The notes beneath the pieces were generated by a model. The model did no database searches, had not been told where the DNA came from, and saw only the letters and a list, made by a program, of their open reading frames with translations. A stretch of 32,000 nucleotides of DNA from assembly GCA_030668875.1 (NCBI GenBank), contig DAOVER010000028.1, positions 1 through 32,000 on the forward strand. Direction: 5' to 3'. Source of the DNA: Candidatus Heimdallarchaeota archaeon (lineage in GTDB: Archaea; Asgardarchaeota; Heimdallarchaeia; Heimdallarchaeales; Heimdallarchaeaceae). A program made the translations under genes and the position numbers. Shown here piece after piece: positions 1 to 8,757 of the stretch. Position 1 is the first letter of the stretch; every line of letters starts with the position of its first letter.

Positions 1-1031
1 GCAGCAATCGCTAAAACGGGTATGGCTAATAATGCATACAGAGATACACCGACTGAATCATTGTCAGTTATACCAATAACTGGATCATGAACCAGTTTTA
101 AGTTATCACCATAGTTTGGATAGACTAAGAATAGATTAATGAATTCTCTACCGAAAGCATGACCAATTCCATAAGAAGAATCTTCACCAAAGCTTGCTGC
201 AGTAGTATTTACATCTACTGTATCAACATAGGTTCCATCTTCATCAAAAACATCAGCTTCAGGAGTCCAAGCGAAATAACCCTTAAGATCATCACCATCA
301 TCATCGTAAAAACCAACACCATCTCTTGTATGATTAGCTGTCCTGTCAGTAGTATTAGCTTGATCAGGCATGGTTGCTGATTGAGATTCTTCAGGCACAT
401 TAACTCTATCCCCAAGTTGTACTCTACTTCTAAAGTGATTTTCGTGAACCTTAACATGAAGAGCTAAACCAGCTGCGTCATTACTAAAAGTCCAACCATC
501 AATAATGATATCGAATTTAATTTCCTTGAGACCTTTAACTTCATGAGTGTATTCAATATCATCAATAGTTTGTGTAACAGTTACATCCTCTAAGTACACA
601 TGATAAACAAAGATAAGGGTAGCTCCATTGTCAAGTTCTGAAGAAGTTTGTGTAACAGTTATTTCATTTGTGGTGTTAGTAATATCCAAAGCCCAAGTAA
701 TCTGATCAGAAGCTAGATTATAGACTTTACCACCTAATTCATCCTTTGAATCTATTATTAGATCGTCTCCATACAGTTCGGTAATATAATGAAAACTAAC
801 ATGAAAAACCTCTGTATTTTTTCCTGTTTCAGATGCAGAACCTAACCAAAAATAGATATCAGGTTTTCCAGAATGCATTTTAACTTTAATATTTGAAGTT
901 TCTATGTACATTGATCCTTGTCTGTTTTCAGCACCCATATTAGAAGAAGGCACTGCAACAGCGGTTGATAGAGTAGAAACAAAGAGAACTCCAACTATTG
1001 CCATCATAATAATTTTATTTTTGGAAATCAT
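1..1031 (-). CDS. Secreted/cell-surface glycoprotein with signal peptide and C-terminal membrane anchor (3'-partial, at least 343 aa; not in ORF track)
   Basis: Hand translation from ATG at 1031 is stop-free to the window edge: MISKNKIIMMAIVGVLFVSTLSTAVAVP...EIKFDIIIDGWTF...GYFAWTPEADV...LKLVHDPVIGITDNDSVGVSLYALLAIPVLAIA. It has a hydrophobic N-terminal signal, an acidic beta-rich body, 5 N-x-S/T sequons, and a hydrophobic segment starting at the edge. Confidence 0.9.
   Translation of the reverse strand, partial: MISKNKIIMMAIVGVLFVSTLSTAVAVPSSNMGAENRQGSMYIETSNIKVKMHSGKPDIYFWLGSASETGKNTEVFHVSFHYITELYGDDLIIDSKDELGGKVYNLASDQITWALDITNTTNEITVTQTSSELDNGATLIFVYHVYLEDVTVTQTIDDIEYTHEVKGLKEIKFDIIIDGWTFSNDAAGLALHVKVHENHFRSRVQLGDRVNVPEESQSATMPDQANTTDRTANHTRDGVGFYDDDGDDLKGYFAWTPEADVFDEDGTYVDTVDVNTTAASFGEDSSYGIGHAFGREFINLFLVYPNYGDNLKLVHDPVIGITDNDSVGVSLYALLAIPVLAIA
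567..661. repeat. 17-bp exact direct repeat AGTTTGTGTAACAGTTA (567-583 and 645-661) inside the surface-protein gene
   Basis: Two identical copies 78 bp (26 codons) apart and in frame; each encodes TVTQT on the minus strand. Confidence 0.85.
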
Positions 1032-1070
1032 TTTTATCAATTATCTATAGAAAAGCATAGTATATGAGAA

Positions 1071-1129
1071 GTTGCATTTTACTTCGTTGCATGACAGAAA
1101 GAGGTTAAAATGCAACGTTGCGCAACGTT
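1071..1129. promoter_or_regulatory. Putative operator array of GTTGC/GCAAC half-sites
   Basis: GTTGCATTTT (1071-1080) and AAAATGCAAC (1107-1116) form a perfect 10-bp inverted repeat. GTTGCA recurs at 1086-1091. GCAACGTTGC (1112-1121) and AACGTTGCGCAACGTT (1114-1129) are perfect palindromes. All lie in the 98-bp gap upstream of the surface-protein gene. Confidence 0.65.
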
Positions 1130-2176
1130 TCACTCTATTACTGTTCGACCGTCATCAGTCAAATAAACAACATAGGTTCTTCCCCAACGTTCTCTTTTAA
1201 TCAAACCCCTCTCTTCCAGGGGAACAAGGTTCCGAGAGATTTTAGATTTAGAATAACCGGTAATTTCACACAAATCTCTTTGAGAAATCTTTCCTTTTTT
1301 ATCGTAGACTATTTTGATAAGAGCTTTTTGATTTTCACTTAACAACACTCTTCCAAGTTTCTGTATTGCTTTCTTTTCTCGATAACGAATTAACCAAGTT
1401 GTACTTGCAACGCCAAGGAATATTCCACCAATCACACCGAAAAAGAATAAACTGTAACTAGATGTAAGAAAACTAGATTCAGGTTCAAGAACGATTGGTT
1501 CATCAAAACGAACCAAGAAGAATGGATTAGAGGAGCTAGATAAATTAGTAAACATCCAAGAGACGATAATTCGGTTTTTTATTAGAATTTGTGTTGCGTT
1601 CAATGGATAGAAAGGGGATAAACCTCCGTCGGAATCGTGTATAAAACTTCTTTCTGGTAGGATTATAGAAAAAGTATGTGCTAGAGTAAAATGGGATATG
1701 GTAGAATAAAATTCAAAATAATAGAAAGATGGGTCAGATTCAGTTAATGCCAATGGAGTAATTATATCATATTTTACGACAAAACTTGAAGTTTCATTCT
1801 GTTCAACATCATATCTAAAATTGACTTCAATTAAATTGGAAGTATTAGTAATAGGATACCAGTTATAAATCAAATTACCCTCAGCATCTTCGATAATTAT
1901 GGTATTTATAGAATGGTTTAACCACAAATTGATTGAACTAATAGGTAAAGGATTAAGATTTTCTATAACAAAGGATTCACTCATAGAAACTGAATTAATA
2001 GAGAAAATATCGACTGAAGCAATATGAGAACGGATGGTTATTAGAGATGTAGAATCAACAGAAACATTACTAGTTGATTCTATTTGTCCTTGGATCATAG
2101 CACTATTTGGATTTAACATCATCACTCCAAAGACAGCTAAGATAGTTAATATTGTGAAGTAAGTTCTAGTCCTCAA
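1130..2176 (-). CDS. Membrane-anchored winged-HTH transcriptional regulator (COG2512-like): signal/TM, extracellular domain, TM, cytoplasmic wHTH
   Basis: N-terminal hydrophobic segment; beta-rich ectodomain with 6 sequons; TM (SLFFFGVIGGIFLGVASTTWLI); C-terminal wHTH LSENQKALIKIV...ISQRDLCEITGYSKSKISRNLVPLEERGLIKRERWGRTYVVYL. TTG start uncertain. Confidence 0.85.
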   Translation of the reverse strand: MRTRTYFTILTILAVFGVMMLNPNSAMIQGQIESTSNVSVDSTSLITIRSHIASVDIFSINSVSMSESFVIENLNPLPISSINLWLNHSINTIIIEDAEGNLIYNWYPITNTSNLIEVNFRYDVEQNETSSFVVKYDIITPLALTESDPSFYYFEFYSTISHFTLAHTFSIILPERSFIHDSDGGLSPFYPLNATQILIKNRIIVSWMFTNLSSSSNPFFLVRFDEPIVLEPESSFLTSSYSLFFFGVIGGIFLGVASTTWLIRYREKKAIQKLGRVLLSENQKALIKIVYDKKGKISQRDLCEITGYSKSKISRNLVPLEERGLIKRERWGRTYVVYLTDDGRTVIE

Positions 2177-2254
2177 GTTAAAAGAATTTAAACATACGAC
2201 TAAAAAAGAATTTCCATATGAAGAATAAAAGAAAAAGGAGAGATATTACTTCTC

Positions 2255-3754
2255 TTAAGTTGGTTTAGTATCTGAAATTTCGCCTTGTAGTGCAGCTGCT
2301 TCTATCTCAGTTTGTGTTCTCATACCTTGTTCTAGATACTCTTCTGCCCATTTTTTCCTGATTTCATCCGAAGGAAGTTTAACAAAATATGTTATAACTA
2401 AACCTATGATTAGCAATACAATAAGGAAAGATAGTGCAACAGAAAACGTTCTCCAAGGTTTACCTTGTGCTGCAAAGTAATCATAGAATGAAGCGATCAA
2501 ACCGCCCCATATTAAAAATGCGACAGAAGCATTCAATCGTCCTGTTATGTAGGAAAATCCTACATATTCACCTACTTTACCAGGTGGAGCTAATTTTAGG
2601 ATCATTACCCGCTGTACAACCCACGTTGCACCTATTCCAACGCCGACTGAAATCATCATAATAAAAGTTAAAACGAACATTAAACTGAACTCTGGAACAA
2701 TGCTCTTTTCACCAAACCATATCGCAAAAGCTCCACATGTCATTCCTACTAAGTAAAGTGTTCCAACAATGTATACGGTAACTTTTGGACCTATTTTATC
2801 ACCTAGCCAACCAATAATTGGTATGATAATTATTGCCAATACTACTACCGGTAATTCTAGAATTAAAGATTGGCTCTCTGGAAATCCTATCCCATCCCGT
2901 AATACATTCAAAATTATCAGATTCGCTGTGTTAGCCACATCTACAATGAAGAAAAATCCAATTATGAACAGGAACATATTTTTGTGCTGTCGAATATCTC
3001 TGAAAGTTCTGTAGAGCTGCCCAAAGGAATCGCGCATAAGATGTTTAAACTTTATTTTTTCTTTCGGTCTTGTTTTCTCCTTTGTAAAGAAGAATGGTAT
3101 CATAAACAGTAAGAAAAGTACTGCAGCTGCTACATAGGTTAACCATTCTCCATAATACCCATAATTTACAGGTCGATACCAGATATTTCCATTAACCACA
3201 TGTGCTGTTGGATCGGCATTAGGGTCTCCTAGAGGGCTATAGATGAAGTTCATTAGAAGGAGTAAGCCTATTGCGGGGATTATACTAACCCATCCTAGAC
3301 CCATTGCAAATCCAGAAGTTTTGCCTATGTCTTTCTCAGCTGCAAGTGTTGGTATCATTGCATCATATGCCGATAAGGCAGCCCAATAACTTAGATTAGC
3401 TAGAATAAACAGCGTCATTACTACAACCAAATCTTTCTTTATCCACAGTAAAGAAGACGTTATCAGTGTTAAAGCTGTAATCGAAATAACCCACGGTTTT
3501 CTTTTGCCCATCCTATCCATCATTGCACCAAAAAGGGGAATTAGAGCAATTACTAGTATTTGACTTAAAGCTTGAACTGTTGTAAAGAATACTGTTGCTC
3601 CATCATAAGTCATCTCATATTCTTTTTGACCTATAATCTGGATATATCTCAAAATGATAGTTGATTGAATAATTTGAGAATATACGGTATTTGCTACATC
3701 AAAGAATGAGAAAAGGAAAATGTTTTTCTTATTAGTTTTTTTAACAATACTCAT
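2255..3754 (-). CDS. MFS transporter, Atg22/UMF1-like family
   Basis: About 12 hydrophobic segments; FSFFDVANTVYS N-terminus; MFS loop motifs GAMMDRMGKRK and GWLGDKIGPK; AYDAMIP; GEYVGFSYITGR. Confidence 0.85.
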   Translation of the reverse strand: MSIVKKTNKKNIFLFSFFDVANTVYSQIIQSTIILRYIQIIGQKEYEMTYDGATVFFTTVQALSQILVIALIPLFGAMMDRMGKRKPWVISITALTLITSSLLWIKKDLVVVMTLFILANLSYWAALSAYDAMIPTLAAEKDIGKTSGFAMGLGWVSIIPAIGLLLLMNFIYSPLGDPNADPTAHVVNGNIWYRPVNYGYYGEWLTYVAAAVLFLLFMIPFFFTKEKTRPKEKIKFKHLMRDSFGQLYRTFRDIRQHKNMFLFIIGFFFIVDVANTANLIILNVLRDGIGFPESQSLILELPVVVLAIIIIPIIGWLGDKIGPKVTVYIVGTLYLVGMTCGAFAIWFGEKSIVPEFSLMFVLTFIMMISVGVGIGATWVVQRVMILKLAPPGKVGEYVGFSYITGRLNASVAFLIWGGLIASFYDYFAAQGKPWRTFSVALSFLIVLLIIGLVITYFVKLPSDEIRKKWAEEYLEQGMRTQTEIEAAALQGEISDTKPT

Positions 3755-3803
3755 AATAAACGATTTCTTGCTGTTAAACTATAATATAAGCTTTTTGTGA
3801 AAT

Positions 3804-4682
3804 CTAATTTGGAAGAATTTCTTTAATGAAATCCTTAAGAGATTGTGCAAATTCCTTGACTCCAGGTCGAAGATGCATATAATTGTAACCAGGAACCTCA
3901 AGGATCCTAGAACCTTCTATAGCTGTAGAGATGTTATCAGAAAAACTGACTGTATGTAGAGCATCTTTAGAATCTTTAGTAATCAATGCAGGGGCAGTAA
4001 TTTTTTCGTAATCAACCATTGCATTCCATTTTGAGATACTTATGGTCTTTTTCCACCTCATTGCATTTGCACCACAAATGAAGCCTTGGTAATTATTTCG
4101 TTGAAAACCTTCTGGGATAATTAATCTTATCCAAAGTTTAACAATTGGAAAAGCTATGTATTGCAGGACAAAGGAGGGGATGACATATGCTAACCAAAGT
4201 ATCTTTCTGGGTAAGATGAATTTAATTGAAGGTCCAATGAAGACTATACCTGCTGGGTTCAGTCCATAACCAACCATTGCTCTTGCCAATGTACTACAAC
4301 CAAAACTTGCACTAATAACAATCAATTTTCTTTCTTCGAATTTAAAATGGTCGACGATTTCCTTTATATCTTGACCGAGTCTGTCCATATCTGCCTTATG
4401 ACCCCATTTCACTTTGGAAGTACTCTTCTCTCTTGAATCAAAAACGTAAAAATCGTAATAGGGTGCAAGTTCATCCCAAAGATCTGTCCAGCTAGGAACA
4501 TCTGTACTGAAACCTGGGCCAAATAAGATAGTTATACCATTAGGATTCTTCTCTGGTTTAGAATAAAAACAAAGCAGTTCAGCACCGTCACTCATAGTAA
4601 CATATTCTTTGATTGATTGATTCCAGAATGTTTTTTCTTGCGAATATGTTTCCTGCTCAGGAGCATAGTTGTCTTCACTCAA
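3804..4682 (-). CDS. Alpha/beta hydrolase (SREKS-motif paralog 1)
   Basis: ILFGPGF oxyanion strand; FDSREKSTS; nucleophile elbow ISASFG; candidate acid KDALH and C-terminal His (NYMHL). TTG start. Confidence 0.75.
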   Translation of the reverse strand: MSEDNYAPEQETYSQEKTFWNQSIKEYVTMSDGAELLCFYSKPEKNPNGITILFGPGFSTDVPSWTDLWDELAPYYDFYVFDSREKSTSKVKWGHKADMDRLGQDIKEIVDHFKFEERKLIVISASFGCSTLARAMVGYGLNPAGIVFIGPSIKFILPRKILWLAYVIPSFVLQYIAFPIVKLWIRLIIPEGFQRNNYQGFICGANAMRWKKTISISKWNAMVDYEKITAPALITKDSKDALHTVSFSDNISTAIEGSRILEVPGYNYMHLRPGVKEFAQSLKDFIKEILPN

Positions 4683-4910
4683 TATAATCGATTTACAGAA
4701 GATTATTCTTGTTTTAAGATTTTGGATGAATCAGTGTATTAACTCATAATATTGATTTATCTATATATCTAATACTTCTATATGAAAATTTGGAAATTAA
4801 TAGTTGGAATTTTTCTATTAGCAACTTTCATCAACATTCATAATGCTGATATGTTATTAATTGTAAACGCTAACAAGTTTTAATAACTAGTATTTTTTGT
4901 TAGGAGAAAC

Positions 4911-5666
4911 ATGCACGATTCTAAACCTTTTGTTGTTGTTGCAGCTGGCTTTGGTAATTATACTCGAGAGTATCCTGCTTATGCTAAGAAATTTGGTAGA
5001 GAGAATGTGGTCTGGACCAGCAATTACAAGCGGTATACTGTTGAAGACCATTTAGAAGAACTAGAATCCAAAATACCAAAAGATAAACCTTACATTCTTG
5101 TAGGTCATAGTTTGGGAGGTTCTATCATTATAGAGCTGATGAGCAGAAAGCCACTAAATAATTGTCAAGGGGTTAGCATTAATGGCGCTTCTAGAATGGT
5201 TCTTTCTCATTGGTTTCTCAATTTCTTATTTTATTTACCTGTTCCCATTATTTACTCGTTTTTTGCCTTGATGGTTATTTTGTTCCCTTTAAATTTTGTT
5301 CTAACTGGGTTCAATCTACACAAAGCAAAACAATCATCCTTTGAAGGGATAATTAGACTAATCGAAAATGGTGCAAGAGAAATCAAAAAAGAGTATAATT
5401 TTTGTCTAAGAAAAATAGGTAGAGAAGTTACAAGTATTCATAAAGAAAACTTAGACATTCCAACTTTATTCCTTCATCTTGAGAAAGAAATGATGGTTGA
5501 TGAAGAAGATCTAAAACTAACAAAAGAGATGTACAAGAACAAGAGAGTTAAAATCATCAAATCTGATACTATGCATCTTACACATGATTTTGATTATGTT
5601 GTTGCAGATTTAATTGGAGAGGAATTGGATTTCTTTAGTTATGAAAAAATCCCTAAGTCTAGTTGA
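4911..5666 (+). CDS. Alpha/beta hydrolase (lipase/esterase-like)
   Basis: YILVGHSLGG GxSxG motif; LEKEMMVD acid region; C-terminal DTMHLTH; hydrophobic cap segment. Confidence 0.8.
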   Translation: MHDSKPFVVVAAGFGNYTREYPAYAKKFGRENVVWTSNYKRYTVEDHLEELESKIPKDKPYILVGHSLGGSIIIELMSRKPLNNCQGVSINGASRMVLSHWFLNFLFYLPVPIIYSFFALMVILFPLNFVLTGFNLHKAKQSSFEGIIRLIENGAREIKKEYNFCLRKIGREVTSIHKENLDIPTLFLHLEKEMMVDEEDLKLTKEMYKNKRVKIIKSDTMHLTHDFDYVVADLIGEELDFFSYEKIPKSS

Positions 5667-5697
5667 ATTTACTTGAAGTTCTTTCCTTTCTCTTGGA

Positions 5698-6906
5698 TTA
5701 TTTCATAGCTTTGTCACACATTTCACCTGGAGATTGTTTCTCTTCTTGTTTAGTGGAATAATACCTGTTTCTCCAAGAAACTTTATTCCCAAGAGCTCCA
5801 TTCAGCAATGAAATGAGAATTATTGAGATAACTACAGCCATAGCTATAGGGTAAAAAAGGACGAAAATAATATTGTTTTTTCCTCTTTTTCTCCAATATA
5901 GATAATAAGCTAATCCCCAAATTAGATATAAGAGGATGTTTACAATAATCCCCACAAAATAATCCCAGATCATCCAGGAAGTTGGATTGACAATAGAGAT
6001 TACTAGAAAATAAGGTGCAGTTAAACAATAGATTAACCAGCAGATGATTAATAAAACTCTCCAAAATGGAAGAGTGTTAACTCCTCCCCAAATTGCCCGT
6101 TTAAAAGCTCTAAAGAAGTCAATGAACTTTCCTGGATACATTCTTGTTGAGACTATTTTTGTATTATCGATGAAGAACAGTTTCTGTTCTTTTTCCTTAC
6201 AAAGTTTAGCTAATGCAACATCTTCAACAAGAGAGGAACTTATAGCTAGATGACCACCTAATTTCTCATAACCTTTTCGAGAAAACATCATGTACTGACC
6301 ACTTGCCATATATGCAGATTTATCATATGGATTGTTTATTTTGTCTCTAGGTCCACCACCAATATAACTTAGGAAGTACATAAAACCCACTAAGTACTCA
6401 AACCATTTCTCTGCTTTTTGATAAGGAAATAAGGATAATAGTGTTGTATCTGTCGAAAGGAGATGCTCAACAGTAATTTTCAATGACTTTGGAGTATGCT
6501 CTGTATCTGCATCAGTAAACAAAAGAATTTCACCTTTCGAGGCTTGGTATCCGACATAGCACCCGTAAGATTTTCCTACCCAACCTGTAGGTAAATTTTC
6601 ATCAATAATTACGTTGACACCATATTCTTTTGCAATATCTGTGGTTCTATCTTTTGATCCTCCATCAACTACAATTATTTCTAGATTTTGATAGTCTAGA
6701 GCTGTTAAACTTTTCAAACATTTACCAATGTTATTTTCTTCCTCTAAAGTTGGAACTATAACACTTACAAAAGGCAACTCATAATCTGGTAAATTGAGAT
6801 ATTCCCAACCATTTCTGCTATTTCTTATAATATTTGATAAGTAGATGAAACAACTACTAACAATCAAGATATAGAGAGTTTCAAAGATAAAGCCCAATTC
6901 AACCAC
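5698..6906 (-). CDS. Membrane GT2 glycosyltransferase (HpnB/CrtQ-like architecture)
   Basis: VSVIVPTLEEE, VVDGGSKDRT, PTGWVGK, LFTDADT (DxD), GQYMMF, EDVALA; one N-terminal and about 3 C-terminal TMs; no QxxRW. GTG start. Confidence 0.85.
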   Translation of the reverse strand: MVELGFIFETLYILIVSSCFIYLSNIIRNSRNGWEYLNLPDYELPFVSVIVPTLEEENNIGKCLKSLTALDYQNLEIIVVDGGSKDRTTDIAKEYGVNVIIDENLPTGWVGKSYGCYVGYQASKGEILLFTDADTEHTPKSLKITVEHLLSTDTTLLSLFPYQKAEKWFEYLVGFMYFLSYIGGGPRDKINNPYDKSAYMASGQYMMFSRKGYEKLGGHLAISSSLVEDVALAKLCKEKEQKLFFIDNTKIVSTRMYPGKFIDFFRAFKRAIWGGVNTLPFWRVLLIICWLIYCLTAPYFLVISIVNPTSWMIWDYFVGIIVNILLYLIWGLAYYLYWRKRGKNNIIFVLFYPIAMAVVISIILISLLNGALGNKVSWRNRYYSTKQEEKQSPGEMCDKAMK

Positions 6907-6997
6907 TTACAAAGATAATAAATTCATATGTTTAGCTGTTATTTATAATATTTTTCTTTTGTATTAAAATAAAGAGAGAGAGGATATTTCTCACAAT

Positions 6998-8623
6998 TCA
7001 GTGATAAATATGTTCCTCATAGTAAATTTTTGGTTTAAACACCTTAATGGATATAGCCAAGAAGGGCAGGATAAATCCTAATGTTAATCCAATAACTGCG
7101 AAAAGAGTAAAAAAGAAGTTTCGATAATATGGTTCAGGAAGATAACAAAAACTTAGAGTATAATAGTAACATAGTTGTTGTAAAATCGAATCAACTGTCA
7201 GAAACAGAAAGAAAATGCCTACTACATTAAATATTGCTCCATATCTATAAATCGGTATTTTCTTATTCCATTTTGTTTTTCCCGGTATCATATTGTGTTT
7301 TCCAAATAGACCTTTGAAAGCAGGTATCAAGAAGAAAGGAGCAGTAAAACTTCCGAAAAGTAAGAAGAAAGGTACATACCATACTTTGAGGGGGAATGTT
7401 GCAGAGTTCATTGTATACATTGTAGTAGCTGAAATTGTTGCAAAGTAGATGATGAAAGTCAGTGAAAGGATTATAATTAACCACCATTGTCCTAATGTAG
7501 CAGCCCTAACCAAGGGTATTCTTAGTAAGTATATTATTGCATAGAATATTCCAAGAAAATAAAATGAAGTTGCAGCTACAACCAAAAGAGAAGAAAGCAC
7601 AATATCGAGGGATTGTCTTAATTTCAGTTTTCTTTTGAGAGTATGTTTGATTAATTTACCAGCATAATCATGCATTATCCCTGATTGACCTGTGAACCAT
7701 CTAAAGAGTTGGCTGATTTGGTGTGCCATAGTTTCTGGAACCAATGACATAGATCCTATTTCATCAAGGAAATAGCCTTTCTTTCCTTCCATTATTAAAT
7801 TAACAGAATGGTCAAAATCTTCTGTCATTTTCCCTTCAGGAATTGGATAGGCGTAATCTCTTCTGAAACAGGCTGTAGAGCCACTGTAAAGAACAGTTCC
7901 GATTTTCCGTCTAGCGTTTTCAGAGCAAAATTGTTGAGTTAAACTCATTGCTTCCCAAACATGTAAGAAGTTTGTAACATTTCTAAATCCAAACTTTGCT
8001 TGAATAAATGCAAATTCTGGATATTGGTCCATTATAGCAGCAAATTTTGCCAGAATATCTGGTTTTGGAATATGATCAACATCAAAAAATGCGATAACAT
8101 CTCCACTAGTTTTTGGTATAACAAGGTTTAACATATGCGCTTTAAACCTATCATTTTCTTCATAATAGTAAATCGCATTGTGTTTCTCACTTAGTTGTTT
8201 GCTCTGTTCTCTTAAATTTTCATCTGGACTATCATCAGCGACCCAAACCTCGTAATTGGAATATGTTTGTTCTGTGAAACCAATCAAGGTTTCTTCTAAT
8301 ACAATTGGTTGAACATTATGGATAGGAACAATAACACTAATCTTTGTTTTTCCAGTTAATGCTTCTAAATTATAAGGAATTTCACCAACACGTAACACCC
8401 CGTCAATTAGTTGAATAGCAAAATAAAGAGCAATAAAGAAACTGATAACTTCTATTATAAGAGCTAAGATATTTAGAATCATCCCCCCTACAGTCAATGG
8501 TTCATGAGTACCAATGTTAAGAATAATATTGATGAGAGACCAAACAAAATATGTTGCAATGGAACAATATAATATATAACCAATGATATGATTAATTCGG
8601 CTCCAGATTAATCTTCTATGCAT
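6998..8623 (-). CDS. Processive cellulose-synthase-like GT2 glycosyltransferase, paralog A (541 aa)
   Basis: VADDS, RFKAHMLN, FFDVDH, VFIQ-equivalent FAFIQ, MTED, QLFRW (QxxRW); 2 N-terminal and several C-terminal TMs. Start moved from the track's TTG (8629) to ATG 8623 because of colinearity with paralog B and TATA spacing. Confidence 0.9.
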   Translation of the reverse strand: MHRRLIWSRINHIIGYILYCSIATYFVWSLINIILNIGTHEPLTVGGMILNILALIIEVISFFIALYFAIQLIDGVLRVGEIPYNLEALTGKTKISVIVPIHNVQPIVLEETLIGFTEQTYSNYEVWVADDSPDENLREQSKQLSEKHNAIYYYEENDRFKAHMLNLVIPKTSGDVIAFFDVDHIPKPDILAKFAAIMDQYPEFAFIQAKFGFRNVTNFLHVWEAMSLTQQFCSENARRKIGTVLYSGSTACFRRDYAYPIPEGKMTEDFDHSVNLIMEGKKGYFLDEIGSMSLVPETMAHQISQLFRWFTGQSGIMHDYAGKLIKHTLKRKLKLRQSLDIVLSSLLVVAATSFYFLGIFYAIIYLLRIPLVRAATLGQWWLIIILSLTFIIYFATISATTMYTMNSATFPLKVWYVPFFLLFGSFTAPFFLIPAFKGLFGKHNMIPGKTKWNKKIPIYRYGAIFNVVGIFFLFLTVDSILQQLCYYYTLSFCYLPEPYYRNFFFTLFAVIGLTLGFILPFLAISIKVFKPKIYYEEHIYH

Positions 8624-8645
8624 AAACAAGGTTAGTGCAGAAGGA

Positions 8646-8654
8646 TATTTAAAT
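8646..8654 (-). promoter_or_regulatory. Archaeal TATA box (TTTAAATA) of GT2 paralog A
   Basis: Lies 23-31 nt upstream of ATG 8623. The same 9-mer TATTTAAAT occurs at exactly +1760 (10406-10414) upstream of paralog B while the flanks have diverged. Confidence 0.7.
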
Positions 8655-8757
8655 ATTCAGACTTGAATTTAAGTTTCTAATAGCCAATAAAACAGAAAGA
8701 ATGCTTAAGTCACAAGAAAGATTAGTTTACTTATATTTCTATCCTACCAATAAATAG

